A stretch of 23,456 nucleotides of DNA from an uncultured bacterium (GCA_963977445.1 CAXBPH010000090.1:1-23456), one strand, 5' to 3'; counted from the first letter of the stretch, positions 8,221 to 17,154 are shown. Notes: generated by a model not told the origin, from the sequence alone. A program made the numbers and translations.

Positions 8221-9912
8221 ATGAAAAGCATTCGATGGAAGAGAAATATTATCGCGGGTGCCATTCCGCTGTTAGTTGGTAGCGGCTGTGAAGTCGTGTT
8301 ACCACCGCTTCCAATACCCATCGAACTGAAGACCGTTGCCGAGCAATTACTCAACGTATTCAATGGCTCTGACGTTGACGACAATGCTGCGCTGAGCTTC
8401 ACAGAGGCTAGTCGCTCCTTCCGCAGCATCACGCAAGCACAGTTTGATGAAATTGACTCAAACAACAGCGGCAGTCTTGACCGTGCCGAACTATTGGTTG
8501 CCAAAGGCGACCCACGCGGCACAGACAGTTACACCGTCACCATTCAAAACCTGAGCAATCAACCCCTAGGCCCCGTCGTCGCCGCAACACACCCGGACAC
8601 GACCGTCATGTGGCGTGTTGGTGCCGACGCAAGCGCGGGTATCCAGACCGTCGCAGAGATGGGCAACCCGGCCCCCCTCTTCGCCGAAGTCTCGGCCGCC
8701 CTTGAAGCCGATACCGTCACCGACGTGTGGAATACCGGACGGCCACTGGCCCGTATGGGTGTGGAGCAATCTGCCTTCGGCCCGTTCCAGCCCGGTGCCA
8801 ATCTGGTTGACGACGTAGAATTTGAAATTACGGCCAATGCGGGTGACCTATTCTCCTGCGCGAGCATGGTAATTATTACCAACGACGGATTCTGGGGTGC
8901 AGATGCCATCGGTCTCCCCGATGACGGCGAGAAGACGTTTTACGCCTTCGCCTACGATGCCGGCACCGAAGAGAATTCCGAATTATCCTCCGACCTGGAC
9001 GATGGTGGTTCCGTACTGGCCGCCGAGCCACTCCCCAATGACGACACCGATCCCGCCGTCAATGACAATGGTGGCACGGCAACCGATCCCCGGGGCACGA
9101 TTCAGCTCCACGAAGGTATCCAGGGTGGTGGAGACCTCGATCCTGCCACCTTCGGATGGGAAGAACCCATTGCAGTAATTACTATTCGCAAAAATTCGAC
9201 CATCGGCGCAGAAGCCATCGTCGGCGCAGCGCGAAACTACCAGATCAGCATCCAGAACCTCAGTAATCAGCCCCTCGGCCCGGTAGTTTCGGCTACGCAC
9301 CCGGCGAGCACCGTGGTTTGGAGTATTGGTAGTGATGCCAGTCCGGGTATCCAGACCGTCGCAGAGATGGGCAATCCTGCCCCCCTGGTTGCGGAACTCA
9401 TGCCCCTTGTCGATTCCGGTGATATTTCTGAGCTTAACAACACCGGTCGGCCCCTCGCACGCGCTGGCGTAACACAACCCGCATTCGGGCCCTTCGCTCC
9501 AGGTCCCGATTTGATTGATAATGCCACCTTCCAGATTGCGGGTATGCCCGGGGACCTGTTCTCCTGTGCCAGCATGGTCATCATTACCAATGATGGCTTC
9601 TGGGGTCTCGACAGCGTTGGCTTGCCTGCAAGCGGCACGCAAACCTTCTACGCCTTCGCCTACGATACGGGCACGGAAGAAAACTCCGAGTTGTCTTCCG
9701 ATTTGGATGACGGTGGTTCCGTCCTTGCGGCCGAGCCTCTTCCCAATGATGACACCAACCCAGACGTCAACGACAATGGCGGTACGGTAACCGATCCCCG
9801 TGGCACCATCGCACTCCATGGCGGCATCGTCGGTGGCGGTGACCTCGATCCTGCGGTCTTCGATTGGGATGAGCCCATCGCCGTCGTGACCATCACGGTC
9901 ATCGAAGAGTAA
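8221..9912 (+). CDS. Putative lipoprotein with an EF-hand pair and two tandem spondin_N-like domains
   Basis: Basic N-terminus, hydrophobic core and LVGSG-C lipobox; loops DVDDNAALSFTE and DSNNSGSLDRAE. Two copies, 236 codons apart (starting 8530 and 9238), of Y.V.I.NL..QP..P...ATH..AS.G...AE.G..SM...TNDGF.G..YDAGTE.N.E. GGGAGA RBS. Confidence 0.8.
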   Translation: MKSIRWKRNIIAGAIPLLVGSGCEVVLPPLPIPIELKTVAEQLLNVFNGSDVDDNAALSFTEASRSFRSITQAQFDEIDSNNSGSLDRAELLVAKGDPRGTDSYTVTIQNLSNQPLGPVVAATHPDTTVMWRVGADASAGIQTVAEMGNPAPLFAEVSAALEADTVTDVWNTGRPLARMGVEQSAFGPFQPGANLVDDVEFEITANAGDLFSCASMVIITNDGFWGADAIGLPDDGEKTFYAFAYDAGTEENSELSSDLDDGGSVLAAEPLPNDDTDPAVNDNGGTATDPRGTIQLHEGIQGGGDLDPATFGWEEPIAVITIRKNSTIGAEAIVGAARNYQISIQNLSNQPLGPVVSATHPASTVVWSIGSDASPGIQTVAEMGNPAPLVAELMPLVDSGDISELNNTGRPLARAGVTQPAFGPFAPGPDLIDNATFQIAGMPGDLFSCASMVIITNDGFWGLDSVGLPASGTQTFYAFAYDTGTEENSELSSDLDDGGSVLAAEPLPNDDTNPDVNDNGGTVTDPRGTIALHGGIVGGGDLDPAVFDWDEPIAVVTITVIEE

Positions 9913-9938
9913 CCCAGCGAACTAACCAGCGACTACAC

Positions 9939-9974
9939 GGGGCCACGTGTCAACCAGACACGTGGCCCCTTTTT
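9939..9974 (+). terminator. Rho-independent terminator
   Basis: Perfect 13-bp stem GGGGCCACGTGTC / GACACGTGGCCCC, 5-nt loop, then TTTTT, just after the stop at 9912. Confidence 0.85.
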
Positions 9975-10080
9975 CGTGAAAAATACATCGCGCCCTGGTT
10001 GTTACCGGTATTTCAATCCACCCCAGTTCCCCCGGCGGGAATAACCGTACAGCGCGAACAGCTGGTGTATTTCCACCAAT

Positions 10081-10107
10081 TGTCCTTCCAGGTTCGACCG
10101 GTTCGTC
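10081..10107 (+). promoter_or_regulatory. Candidate ECF42-type promoter for the yciI-sigma operon
   Basis: TGTCCT (10081-10086), 17 bp, CGTC (10104-10107) resembles the TGTC..CGTC promoters of ECF41/42 sigmas; it lies 46 bp upstream of the DGPF gene. Confidence 0.5.
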
Positions 10108-10153
10108 GTATAATAGAGCCCAGTGGGCACAACCAAAGAAAGGAATTACCCCC

Positions 10154-10561
10154 ATGAATGTAGAAATGCAATCCGGTTATATGTTGCTCTTCCGTGGCAC
10201 CGATTGGGACCAAGGCCTGTCCCCCGAGCAAATTCAGGAAACCATGACAAAATGGACCAACTGGTTTGAAGGCATGGTGGAAGATGGGCGGGCCAAGAGT
10301 GGCCAACCCCTCCACCGTGAAGGAAAAGTGGTCTCGGGTAAAAATGGCGCCATGGTTTCCGATGGTCCTTTTGCCGAATCCAAAGAGACCGTGGCCGGCT
10401 ATTTTCTCCTGACGGTCGAGACCATGGAAGAGGCTATCGAAATCGCCCAGCGCTGCCCCGCGCTGGAGCATGGCATGGAGGTAGAAGTGCGCCCCGTTCG
10501 GCCCAGCTGCCCCATGATGGAGAAGGCCCAGCAATTTGCCACCGAGGCCGCGGCCCGATAG
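10154..10561 (+). CDS. YciI-family (DGPF) protein
   Basis: YMLLFRG, G.PL...GK.V, SDGPFAESKETVAGYF, EEA.EIA..CP, VEVRP; AAAGGA RBS. Confidence 0.92.
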   Translation: MNVEMQSGYMLLFRGTDWDQGLSPEQIQETMTKWTNWFEGMVEDGRAKSGQPLHREGKVVSGKNGAMVSDGPFAESKETVAGYFLLTVETMEEAIEIAQRCPALEHGMEVEVRPVRPSCPMMEKAQQFATEAAAR

Positions 10562-10562
10562 C

Positions 10563-11897
10563 GTGAACCCATCACAGGACACAAAAAAGCCCCCTGCTGG
10601 GGAAACTTCCCGGGTAACAGAACACCTCTTTCGCCACGAATCAGGAAAGCTGGTGGCCGTGCTGACCCGCATGTTTGGCGTTGAGCGCCTCCAACTCGCC
10701 GAAGACGTCGTGCAGGAGGCGCTCATACGGGCGATGCAAACCTGGCCCTACTACGGCATTCCGGAAAATCCCGCCGCCTGGATCACCCAGACGGCCAAGC
10801 ACCTTGCCCTCGACATCTTGCGGCGGGAACAGAATTTCCGCAAGAAAGAGCCCGGCATTGTCGCCTTCCAGCAACAGGGACCCCTGGGTACGCCCACGGA
10901 AAACTCGGTGGTTTTCGACACGGAAATTCCCGACGACCGACTACGCATGATCTTCGCCTGCTGCCATCCCGCCATTCCCCGGGAAGCCCAGGTCGCTCTC
11001 ACCCTGAAAACCCTCTGCGGCCTCGGAATCGGAGAGATCGCCAATGCCTTTCTGTCCAATGAGTCCGCCATCGCCAAGCGGCTCACCCGGGCACGCAAAG
11101 CCATCCGCGACGCCGACATCCCTTTTGAAATCCCCCACGGCGAAGCATTGGATGGCCGTCTCGAAAGCGTAGAACAGAGTCTCTATCTGCTATTCAACGA
11201 AGGCTACAAGGCATCAAGCGGCGACCACCTTGTGCGCGAAGACCTGTGTCGGGAGGCCATCCGCCTCGTCGAGTTTTTAACCGACCACGCCGTGGGTGAT
11301 TCACCCCGGACCCATGCGCTGGCGGCCCTCATGCTGCTCAACGCGGCCCGATTCCCCGAGCGAACCAATGAAATGGGCCAGCTCCTGCGCCTCCAGGATC
11401 AGGATCGGCATAAATGGGACCGACGTCTCATTGCCCGTGGGCTCTTTCATCTTGGGAAAGCAGCCTCGGGAAAAGAACTGTCCGCCTACCACATTCAGGC
11501 GGGTATTGCGGCATGCCATTGCACGGCCCCCGATTACGCCGCCACCAACTGGAAGCAAATTCTGGCACGCGATGACCAATGGATCGCCCGGGACCCCTCG
11601 CCCATCATCGCCCTGAATCGCGCTGTTGCCCTGACCCACGTCCAAGGTCCCGATGCGGGCAAATCGGCGGTGGAATCCATAGATAATCCCAAGGCCCTGG
11701 AGAAGTACTACCTGCGGTATGCCGTACTCGGAGACATCGAGTTTCAGCGGAAAAACTACGACGTGGCCGCCGATCTTTTCGCCACGGCCGCAGACTTGAC
11801 CATTATCAAGACAGAGCGCGCCTTCCTCTTGGAGCGCATGCACCAATGCAAGTCAAAAGGCTCGGACTACGTCGCCACCAACCCCATGGACACGTAA
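10563..11897 (+). CDS. ECF sigma factor with C-terminal TPR-like extension (ECF42 / DUF6596 type)
   Basis: LFRHESGKLVAVL, AEDVVQEAL..A...WP..G.P.NP.AW, DDRLRMIFACCHP, LYLLFNEGY, L..QDR..WD, Y..QA.IAA.H, ALNRAVA; GTG start 2 nt after the yciI stop. Confidence 0.9.
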   Translation: MNPSQDTKKPPAGETSRVTEHLFRHESGKLVAVLTRMFGVERLQLAEDVVQEALIRAMQTWPYYGIPENPAAWITQTAKHLALDILRREQNFRKKEPGIVAFQQQGPLGTPTENSVVFDTEIPDDRLRMIFACCHPAIPREAQVALTLKTLCGLGIGEIANAFLSNESAIAKRLTRARKAIRDADIPFEIPHGEALDGRLESVEQSLYLLFNEGYKASSGDHLVREDLCREAIRLVEFLTDHAVGDSPRTHALAALMLLNAARFPERTNEMGQLLRLQDQDRHKWDRRLIARGLFHLGKAASGKELSAYHIQAGIAACHCTAPDYAATNWKQILARDDQWIARDPSPIIALNRAVALTHVQGPDAGKSAVESIDNPKALEKYYLRYAVLGDIEFQRKNYDVAADLFATAADLTIIKTERAFLLERMHQCKSKGSDYVATNPMDT

Positions 11898-13636
11898 TAC
11901 GCACCCCGTTCACTGCCATCCTCACTGGTAAACACGGTGCGGAGTTGTTTCTCTCCCGGGGATAAGCTAAGCCGAAATCGCACGACTTTATCACCCGGCT
12001 CCACGGGGGCCGACTTTGAAACGTCTCCGATAGTTACCTGCGCGGTCGCAATGGCCAAGGCGGCCCCACCGTCCACCGCCCCGCAAATCTCACCGTCGGT
12101 TTCCCGTGGCCAGCGCCGCAACTCCACGTCGTAGTCCCCTGCGGTCTCCACATCGACTACCCAAAAGCCCTGACCGGGCCGTCCCTGCAACACATAGGGC
12201 TGATTCCAGGGCACCTTCTTAATAGGTGCATGCCAGTCGTGGCAGGTAAAATGGCTCATGCCCTGCCCGGTCGCCCCCACAACAAGCGGGCAATACTCGC
12301 CAAAACGAGTAGACGTATCCTTCCACCACGCGTCATAGTGCGCCGTCAGACGGGCCACGACATCCCCGTGGGCAGCGGCAATGTCATCTTCTTGCGCGGG
12401 ATCTACGGATACGTCATAGAGCTCCTGGCCATTTATCAGGCGCCAGTGGCCTTCCAACACCGCACTCTTACGCCATTTCTCCGGGTGCTCTATCCGCTGG
12501 GAGTCCACCATAATGGCCCGGTCGGGTGGTGTCACGCTGGCGTCTTTCAATGAGGAGGCAAGACTGATGCCGTCAAACGGCATCGTTATTTCGGGCGAAA
12601 GGCCACACAATTCCAGGAGGGTGGGAAGGAGATCCACGTGGGCACTGAGATGGGGTATATCTACGCCGCCGCCCAGTCCGCCAGCAGGCCAACGTAGGAA
12701 ACAGGGTACCCGATGACCTCCCTCATATTCACTACCCTTGATGCCACGCATACCCCCGTGGTCACCCGCTGACGTGCCGTTGTCGGTCATAAAAATAACA
12801 ATGGTGTTTTCGGTGAGACCCGACGCATCAAGGTGGGCCATGAGCTTCCCCATACACCCATCAAAATGGCTCAGCATGCCATAAAAGGCTTCCTGCTCAG
12901 GCTTCAGACCTTTATTTCGAAAGGGCCGCTGGTATTCCTCCGGGACAAGATAGGGACCATGGGGAACATTGGTGGGAAGGTAACAGAAGAAAGGCTCTTC
13001 CCCCTTTTGGTCCACAAAACTCTGGGCGCCATCAAACCACACATCCGTGCAGTAACCAGGAAAGGCCTTCGCTTCGCCATTGTGAAAATACGTGTCGTTT
13101 TCGTAGTTATTTCCCCAATAATCCGGCGTCTGCCCTACCCCACCACCGCCATGTACCAACACCTCCTGAAAACCCCGATCCTGCGGACGATAGGGGTAGT
13201 TGTCCCCCAGATGCCATTTCCCGAAGATGCCCGTGCGATAACCCGCCTTCGAGAAATAGTCCGCCATCGTCACTTCGTCACGACGCAAGATGGACCGCCC
13301 CATGATGGTGTGCCACACTCCCGTGCGGTTGTTGTAACGGCCCGTCATCAAGGATGCCCGGGTGGGCGCGCACGTCGGACTTACATGAAAATCGGTCAAC
13401 CGCATGCTCTGCGCATGCAACTGGTCCAGGTGGGGTGTGGACAATACCGTATTGCCCAGGCAGGACAAATCCCCATAGCCCTGGTCGTCGGTCATGATGA
13501 GCAGGACATTCGGCCGCGACGGCGCGCTTTTCGCCTGACGTGGCGCAACCCCGGCTAGAACCGTTGCCCCCAAAAGGCTATGTTTCAAAAAATTGCGTCG
13601 GGAAGATTGGGTATCGAAAAAATTGCGTCGGGCCAT
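11867..13636 (-). CDS. Tat-exported Cys-type arylsulfatase (S1 family)
   Basis: SRRNFLK Tat motif; PNVLLIMTDDQGYGD, CAPTRASLMTGR (CxPxR), GKWHLG, PHGP, TDNG, KGS.YEGGHRVP; GAAAGG RBS before ATG 13636. Confidence 0.93.
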   Translation of the reverse strand: MARRNFFDTQSSRRNFLKHSLLGATVLAGVAPRQAKSAPSRPNVLLIMTDDQGYGDLSCLGNTVLSTPHLDQLHAQSMRLTDFHVSPTCAPTRASLMTGRYNNRTGVWHTIMGRSILRRDEVTMADYFSKAGYRTGIFGKWHLGDNYPYRPQDRGFQEVLVHGGGGVGQTPDYWGNNYENDTYFHNGEAKAFPGYCTDVWFDGAQSFVDQKGEEPFFCYLPTNVPHGPYLVPEEYQRPFRNKGLKPEQEAFYGMLSHFDGCMGKLMAHLDASGLTENTIVIFMTDNGTSAGDHGGMRGIKGSEYEGGHRVPCFLRWPAGGLGGGVDIPHLSAHVDLLPTLLELCGLSPEITMPFDGISLASSLKDASVTPPDRAIMVDSQRIEHPEKWRKSAVLEGHWRLINGQELYDVSVDPAQEDDIAAAHGDVVARLTAHYDAWWKDTSTRFGEYCPLVVGATGQGMSHFTCHDWHAPIKKVPWNQPYVLQGRPGQGFWVVDVETAGDYDVELRRWPRETDGEICGAVDGGAALAIATAQVTIGDVSKSAPVEPGDKVVRFRLSLSPGEKQLRTVFTSEDGSERGAYYVSMGLVAT

Positions 13637-13747
13637 GCCGCTACCTTTCGTCAATGAAAAAGCTCAGGCTTTAGCATGGGGCAAATGGACGCAAATTTCA
13701 AGTACACGATTCAGGGCGACGGGGTAGACGCGGGTTCGCCCTCGTCA

Positions 13748-14935
13748 TCACGTTGACGTCGAAATCCGGTACCACCGTTCGTCCAAGGAAACGATAGCTT
13801 TCTTCGCTTTTTTCATCAACTGAATCAGGTCTGGATGGTTGTCCAACAGCGTATTCCAGGCGTCCGACGGGATAGCGATATCAACCAGCGTTTCATCCCT
13901 GAAATCCGACTGGGTGAGCGTGTCTCCGCGCAGCTCAAATTTTCGATCATTCCATTGAATGGGTGCGGCAATCCGAGCCACGCCAAACCCACCCGGCTCT
14001 TGGTCTACCGCCGATGAGCGCTCACGGCGCGCCATGTCCGGGCGAACTTTCGCCACCGTCGACTCGTCTGGCGAAACAGGCGGGGCCGGGGCGGCCATGG
14101 GAAGCGCCTGCGAAGTAGATTCTTTCTTATCTTGACTCGCGGTGGCATCCGCAGGCACTTCCGCCGGTGGAGCCATGGGTGCCCCAAACTCCTGGCGAGG
14201 TGCCACGGCCTCGCCCTCAGCAATAGCCGATTCCTCAATCGAATTCGATGACTTTTCAGCCACCTCGGAAGCGTCCTTCGCTACAAACAAGTCATCATCA
14301 GTTTTTGCCATCGGTGCCGCCTGCGCTACCGGAAAATCAGCTTCGGATTCGGCCACCACCTTCGATTCCAGGGTTTTGCTTTCATAAAAAGTATTGTCCC
14401 GTACCGTACGCCCGCCTATACCCTCCTCCATCGCGCCGAGACCGTCACCAGCCAAGGGAGATTCTGGGGCATCGGATACCGCCATTTCCGCAGAGGCACC
14501 GGCTGCCCGTTCTTCTACCGGCACGCTTGTCTGTGCGGAGTCACGGATTTCATCGGCGCCCAAGGCACGTTCTGGCTCTTCAAGCTTACTGAGCATCATC
14601 GGCGCCGACGAGGACGACGCCATACGCCAAGCCGAGAGGCCAACCACCATCAAAATTACGGCCGCAGCGGCAAATCGCCACACCGTGGTATGGCTTCGCC
14701 ATCCCGTGGGTGCCGGGGCCAGTGCCACCCGGAGGCGCTCCTCAAAGTCCTCGGGTGCCTTCACGGGATGATGATAAAAATAGGTATCCGATACGACCTT
14801 GTACCCGTGCAGTTCACGGAGGCAATCAGCGCAATCCGAAAGATGCTCTTCAACAAACTCTCGATCCTCCTGATCCAATTCATCATCAAGCAGGGCGGAA
14901 AATTCGTTCCGTATCTGTTCGCAGGAAATCCCCAT
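13748..14935 (-). CDS. Zinc-binding (zf-HC2/ZAS) transmembrane anti-sigma factor
   Basis: C......SALLD.EL......VEEHL..C.DC (HxxxCxxC), a TM segment (FAAAAVILMVVGLSAW) and a long Ala/Glu/Pro/Ser-rich region; starts immediately after the sigma gene. Confidence 0.85.
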   Translation of the reverse strand: MGISCEQIRNEFSALLDDELDQEDREFVEEHLSDCADCLRELHGYKVVSDTYFYHHPVKAPEDFEERLRVALAPAPTGWRSHTTVWRFAAAAVILMVVGLSAWRMASSSSAPMMLSKLEEPERALGADEIRDSAQTSVPVEERAAGASAEMAVSDAPESPLAGDGLGAMEEGIGGRTVRDNTFYESKTLESKVVAESEADFPVAQAAPMAKTDDDLFVAKDASEVAEKSSNSIEESAIAEGEAVAPRQEFGAPMAPPAEVPADATASQDKKESTSQALPMAAPAPPVSPDESTVAKVRPDMARRERSSAVDQEPGGFGVARIAAPIQWNDRKFELRGDTLTQSDFRDETLVDIAIPSDAWNTLLDNHPDLIQLMKKAKKAIVSLDERWYRISTST

Positions 14936-14938
14936 GGT

Positions 14939-15577
14939 TTACAGCACTCCCCGGTTCGTCAGACAATCCCGAAGGCGCTTGCGGGCCTGATTGAGACGGG
15001 ATTTGACGGTACCATTCGGACAATCCAGGGTGTCCGCAATATCACTGTAGCTCAGCTGGTCGAAGGTGCGCAGCACAAAGGGCAAGCGGTAGGTATCGGG
15101 CAATTCTTCCAGACAAGCCTTCAGCCCCTCATTCAATTCCCGTTTCTGGGCCAGATGACTCGGCGTGACCCCATTGGTCGTGGCGGCCTGGGCCACCGAT
15201 GGTGCCGATTCCTGCAAGGCTTCAAGGGATACCCCCTTATTACGGCCCTTTCGGGATTGATCACGTAATTTATTTCGTGAAGCATTCGCGGCGATGCTGT
15301 AGAGCCACGTGTAGACCTGGGCATGGCCATGGAAGGAATCCAGATTCCGATAAGCCCGCACAAACACCTCCAGCGCAACATCAAGACTGTCTTCATGATT
15401 TCCGAGATAGCGATAAACCACGTTATACACCCGATCCTTGTAGCGGCGCACAAGCTCCTCAAATGCGGACGCCTCCCCCTCACGACACGCGCGCACGAGG
15501 TCATCATCCGAATGTGGCTCGGTTTCTTCCAATATCACCACGGTGGGCTGTACTCCAGGTTTCGGGATCTTTGACAC
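14939..15577 (-). CDS. ECF sigma factor (SigW/RpoE-like)
   Basis: DDDLV...R.G...AFEELVRRY, EVFVRAYR.L..F.G....TWLYSIA.N, LP..YR....LR....LSY.DIA..L....GTVKSRLNQAR; start codon uncertain. Confidence 0.9.
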   Translation of the reverse strand: MSKIPKPGVQPTVVILEETEPHSDDDLVRACREGEASAFEELVRRYKDRVYNVVYRYLGNHEDSLDVALEVFVRAYRNLDSFHGHAQVYTWLYSIAANASRNKLRDQSRKGRNKGVSLEALQESAPSVAQAATTNGVTPSHLAQKRELNEGLKACLEELPDTYRLPFVLRTFDQLSYSDIADTLDCPNGTVKSRLNQARKRLRDCLTNRGVL

Positions 15578-15783
15578 CAGAATTCGGTTGTGGTTCTCGA
15601 CGTATTGTACCGCGCCATCCCATCCTTAGGAAAGAGGAACAACGCCCTAAGCCGTGTTTCGTCAGTTTTTCACCAACTGTCAATAGTCTTCAAAAGGTTA
15701 TCGTGCCAACCCGGCGCCAAGCGTGATGTCGTGCCCACCTTTCCTGTATGCTACCGCCCATTCAATAAAACAGGAGAATATCC

Positions 15784-17154
15784 ATGGCATTTCTTGACGA
15801 CGCATTGAAACACGCTGGGGCCAATAAAGACCGACACCTGACCGAATATCAGGAACTTCTCGGCATGCCGAGTATTTCCACCCTGCCAGAAAACCGTGTC
15901 GATGTGGAACGCACCGCCGCCTGGCTCGCCCAGCAATTGCGCGATCTTCACATGGAAAATGTCGAAATCATGCCCACCGACTGCCACCCGGTCGTCTATG
16001 GCGAATGGCTCAAAGCCCCCGGAAAGCCCACCATCCTCGTTTATGGACACTACGACGTCCAGCCGGTGGATCCCCTCGATGAATGGGAATCCGACCCCTT
16101 TGGTGCCGAAATTCGGGGCGACTATATCTTTGCCCGGGGTGCCTCCGATATGAAGGGCCAGATTTTCGCCCAGCTCAAGGCCATGGAATGTATCGCGGCC
16201 CAGGGCGATTATCCCGTTAACATCAAGTATCTGCTCGAGGGGGAGGAAGAAATCGGCTCCCCCAGCCTTCCCGGCTTTATCGAGACCCACAAAGAAAAAC
16301 TGGCCTGCGACGTGGTGCTCAATTGCGATTCCGGCATCTATGACAAAGACACCCCGGCCATCATGTATTCCCTCCGTGGCCTCGCCTATTTTGAATTGGA
16401 GCTGCGCACGGCAAAAAAAGACCTGCACAGTGGCATGTTCGGCGGCGCCGTCCGCAATCCCCTCCACGTACTCTCCGAAGTCATCGCCGCCATGCACGAC
16501 GCCCAGGGCCGGGTTACCCTGCCCGGCTTCTACGATTTGGTGCGCCCCCTGGCCGACGAGGAGCGGACACTGCTCCAGCAACTGCCCCACGACGATGAGG
16601 CCTGGCAGGAAATGGCGGGCGTCGAAGCCAGCTATGGCGAAGCTGGCTATTCCACGGTGGAGCGCATCGGCGCACGACCCACGGTTGAAGTCAACGGCAT
16701 GTGGGGTGGTTTCACCGGCGAAGGGGCCAAGACTGTGTTGCCCGCACGGGCCCATGCCAAAATCAGTGCCCGCCTCGTGGCCGATCAGGATCCCGATGCT
16801 ATCGAAGGACAGTTTCGCGCCTTCCTCGAAGATCACGTCCCCGAAGGCGTCTCCTGGAAGCTTCACAAACACTCCAGCGGCCCCGGCTCCACCATGGACC
16901 GCCATTCAATCTATATAAAAGGCGCAGAAACCGCGCTGGAAACGGTCTATGGAAAAGCGCCCCTCTTCAAACGTGAAGGGGGTAGTGTTCCCATCGTAGG
17001 GCTCCTGCAGAAAAAACTCGGTGTCGACTCAGTCATGCTCGGATTCGCCCTGCCCGACGACGGCATCCACGGCCCCAACGAACGCCAATACTTGCCCGGA
17101 TTCTTCCGGGGTATCGAGACCTATATCCGCTACTTGGACATCCTCGGGCAGTAG
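15784..17154 (+). CDS. M20-family dipeptidase (DapE/ArgE-like, CNDP2/Dug1-type)
   Basis: YGHYDVQP, ARGASDMKG, EGEEEIGS, DLHSG, EGAKTVLPA, GGS.P, HGPNE; AGGAGA RBS. Confidence 0.92.
   Translation: MAFLDDALKHAGANKDRHLTEYQELLGMPSISTLPENRVDVERTAAWLAQQLRDLHMENVEIMPTDCHPVVYGEWLKAPGKPTILVYGHYDVQPVDPLDEWESDPFGAEIRGDYIFARGASDMKGQIFAQLKAMECIAAQGDYPVNIKYLLEGEEEIGSPSLPGFIETHKEKLACDVVLNCDSGIYDKDTPAIMYSLRGLAYFELELRTAKKDLHSGMFGGAVRNPLHVLSEVIAAMHDAQGRVTLPGFYDLVRPLADEERTLLQQLPHDDEAWQEMAGVEASYGEAGYSTVERIGARPTVEVNGMWGGFTGEGAKTVLPARAHAKISARLVADQDPDAIEGQFRAFLEDHVPEGVSWKLHKHSSGPGSTMDRHSIYIKGAETALETVYGKAPLFKREGGSVPIVGLLQKKLGVDSVMLGFALPDDGIHGPNERQYLPGFFRGIETYIRYLDILGQ

Noticed and set aside
8983..9819. 278-aa minus-strand ORF
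   Set aside because: It is an antisense shadow of the spondin-domain gene.
15636..15663. ECF promoter GGAAC..CGTC between the sigma and M20 genes
   Set aside because: The 19-bp spacer is too long and it points away from the sigma gene.
15751..16905. 384-aa minus-strand ORF
   Set aside because: It is a codon-bias shadow of the M20 peptidase; the same applies to 12833-13558, 17770-18525 and 20290-21183 for their genes.
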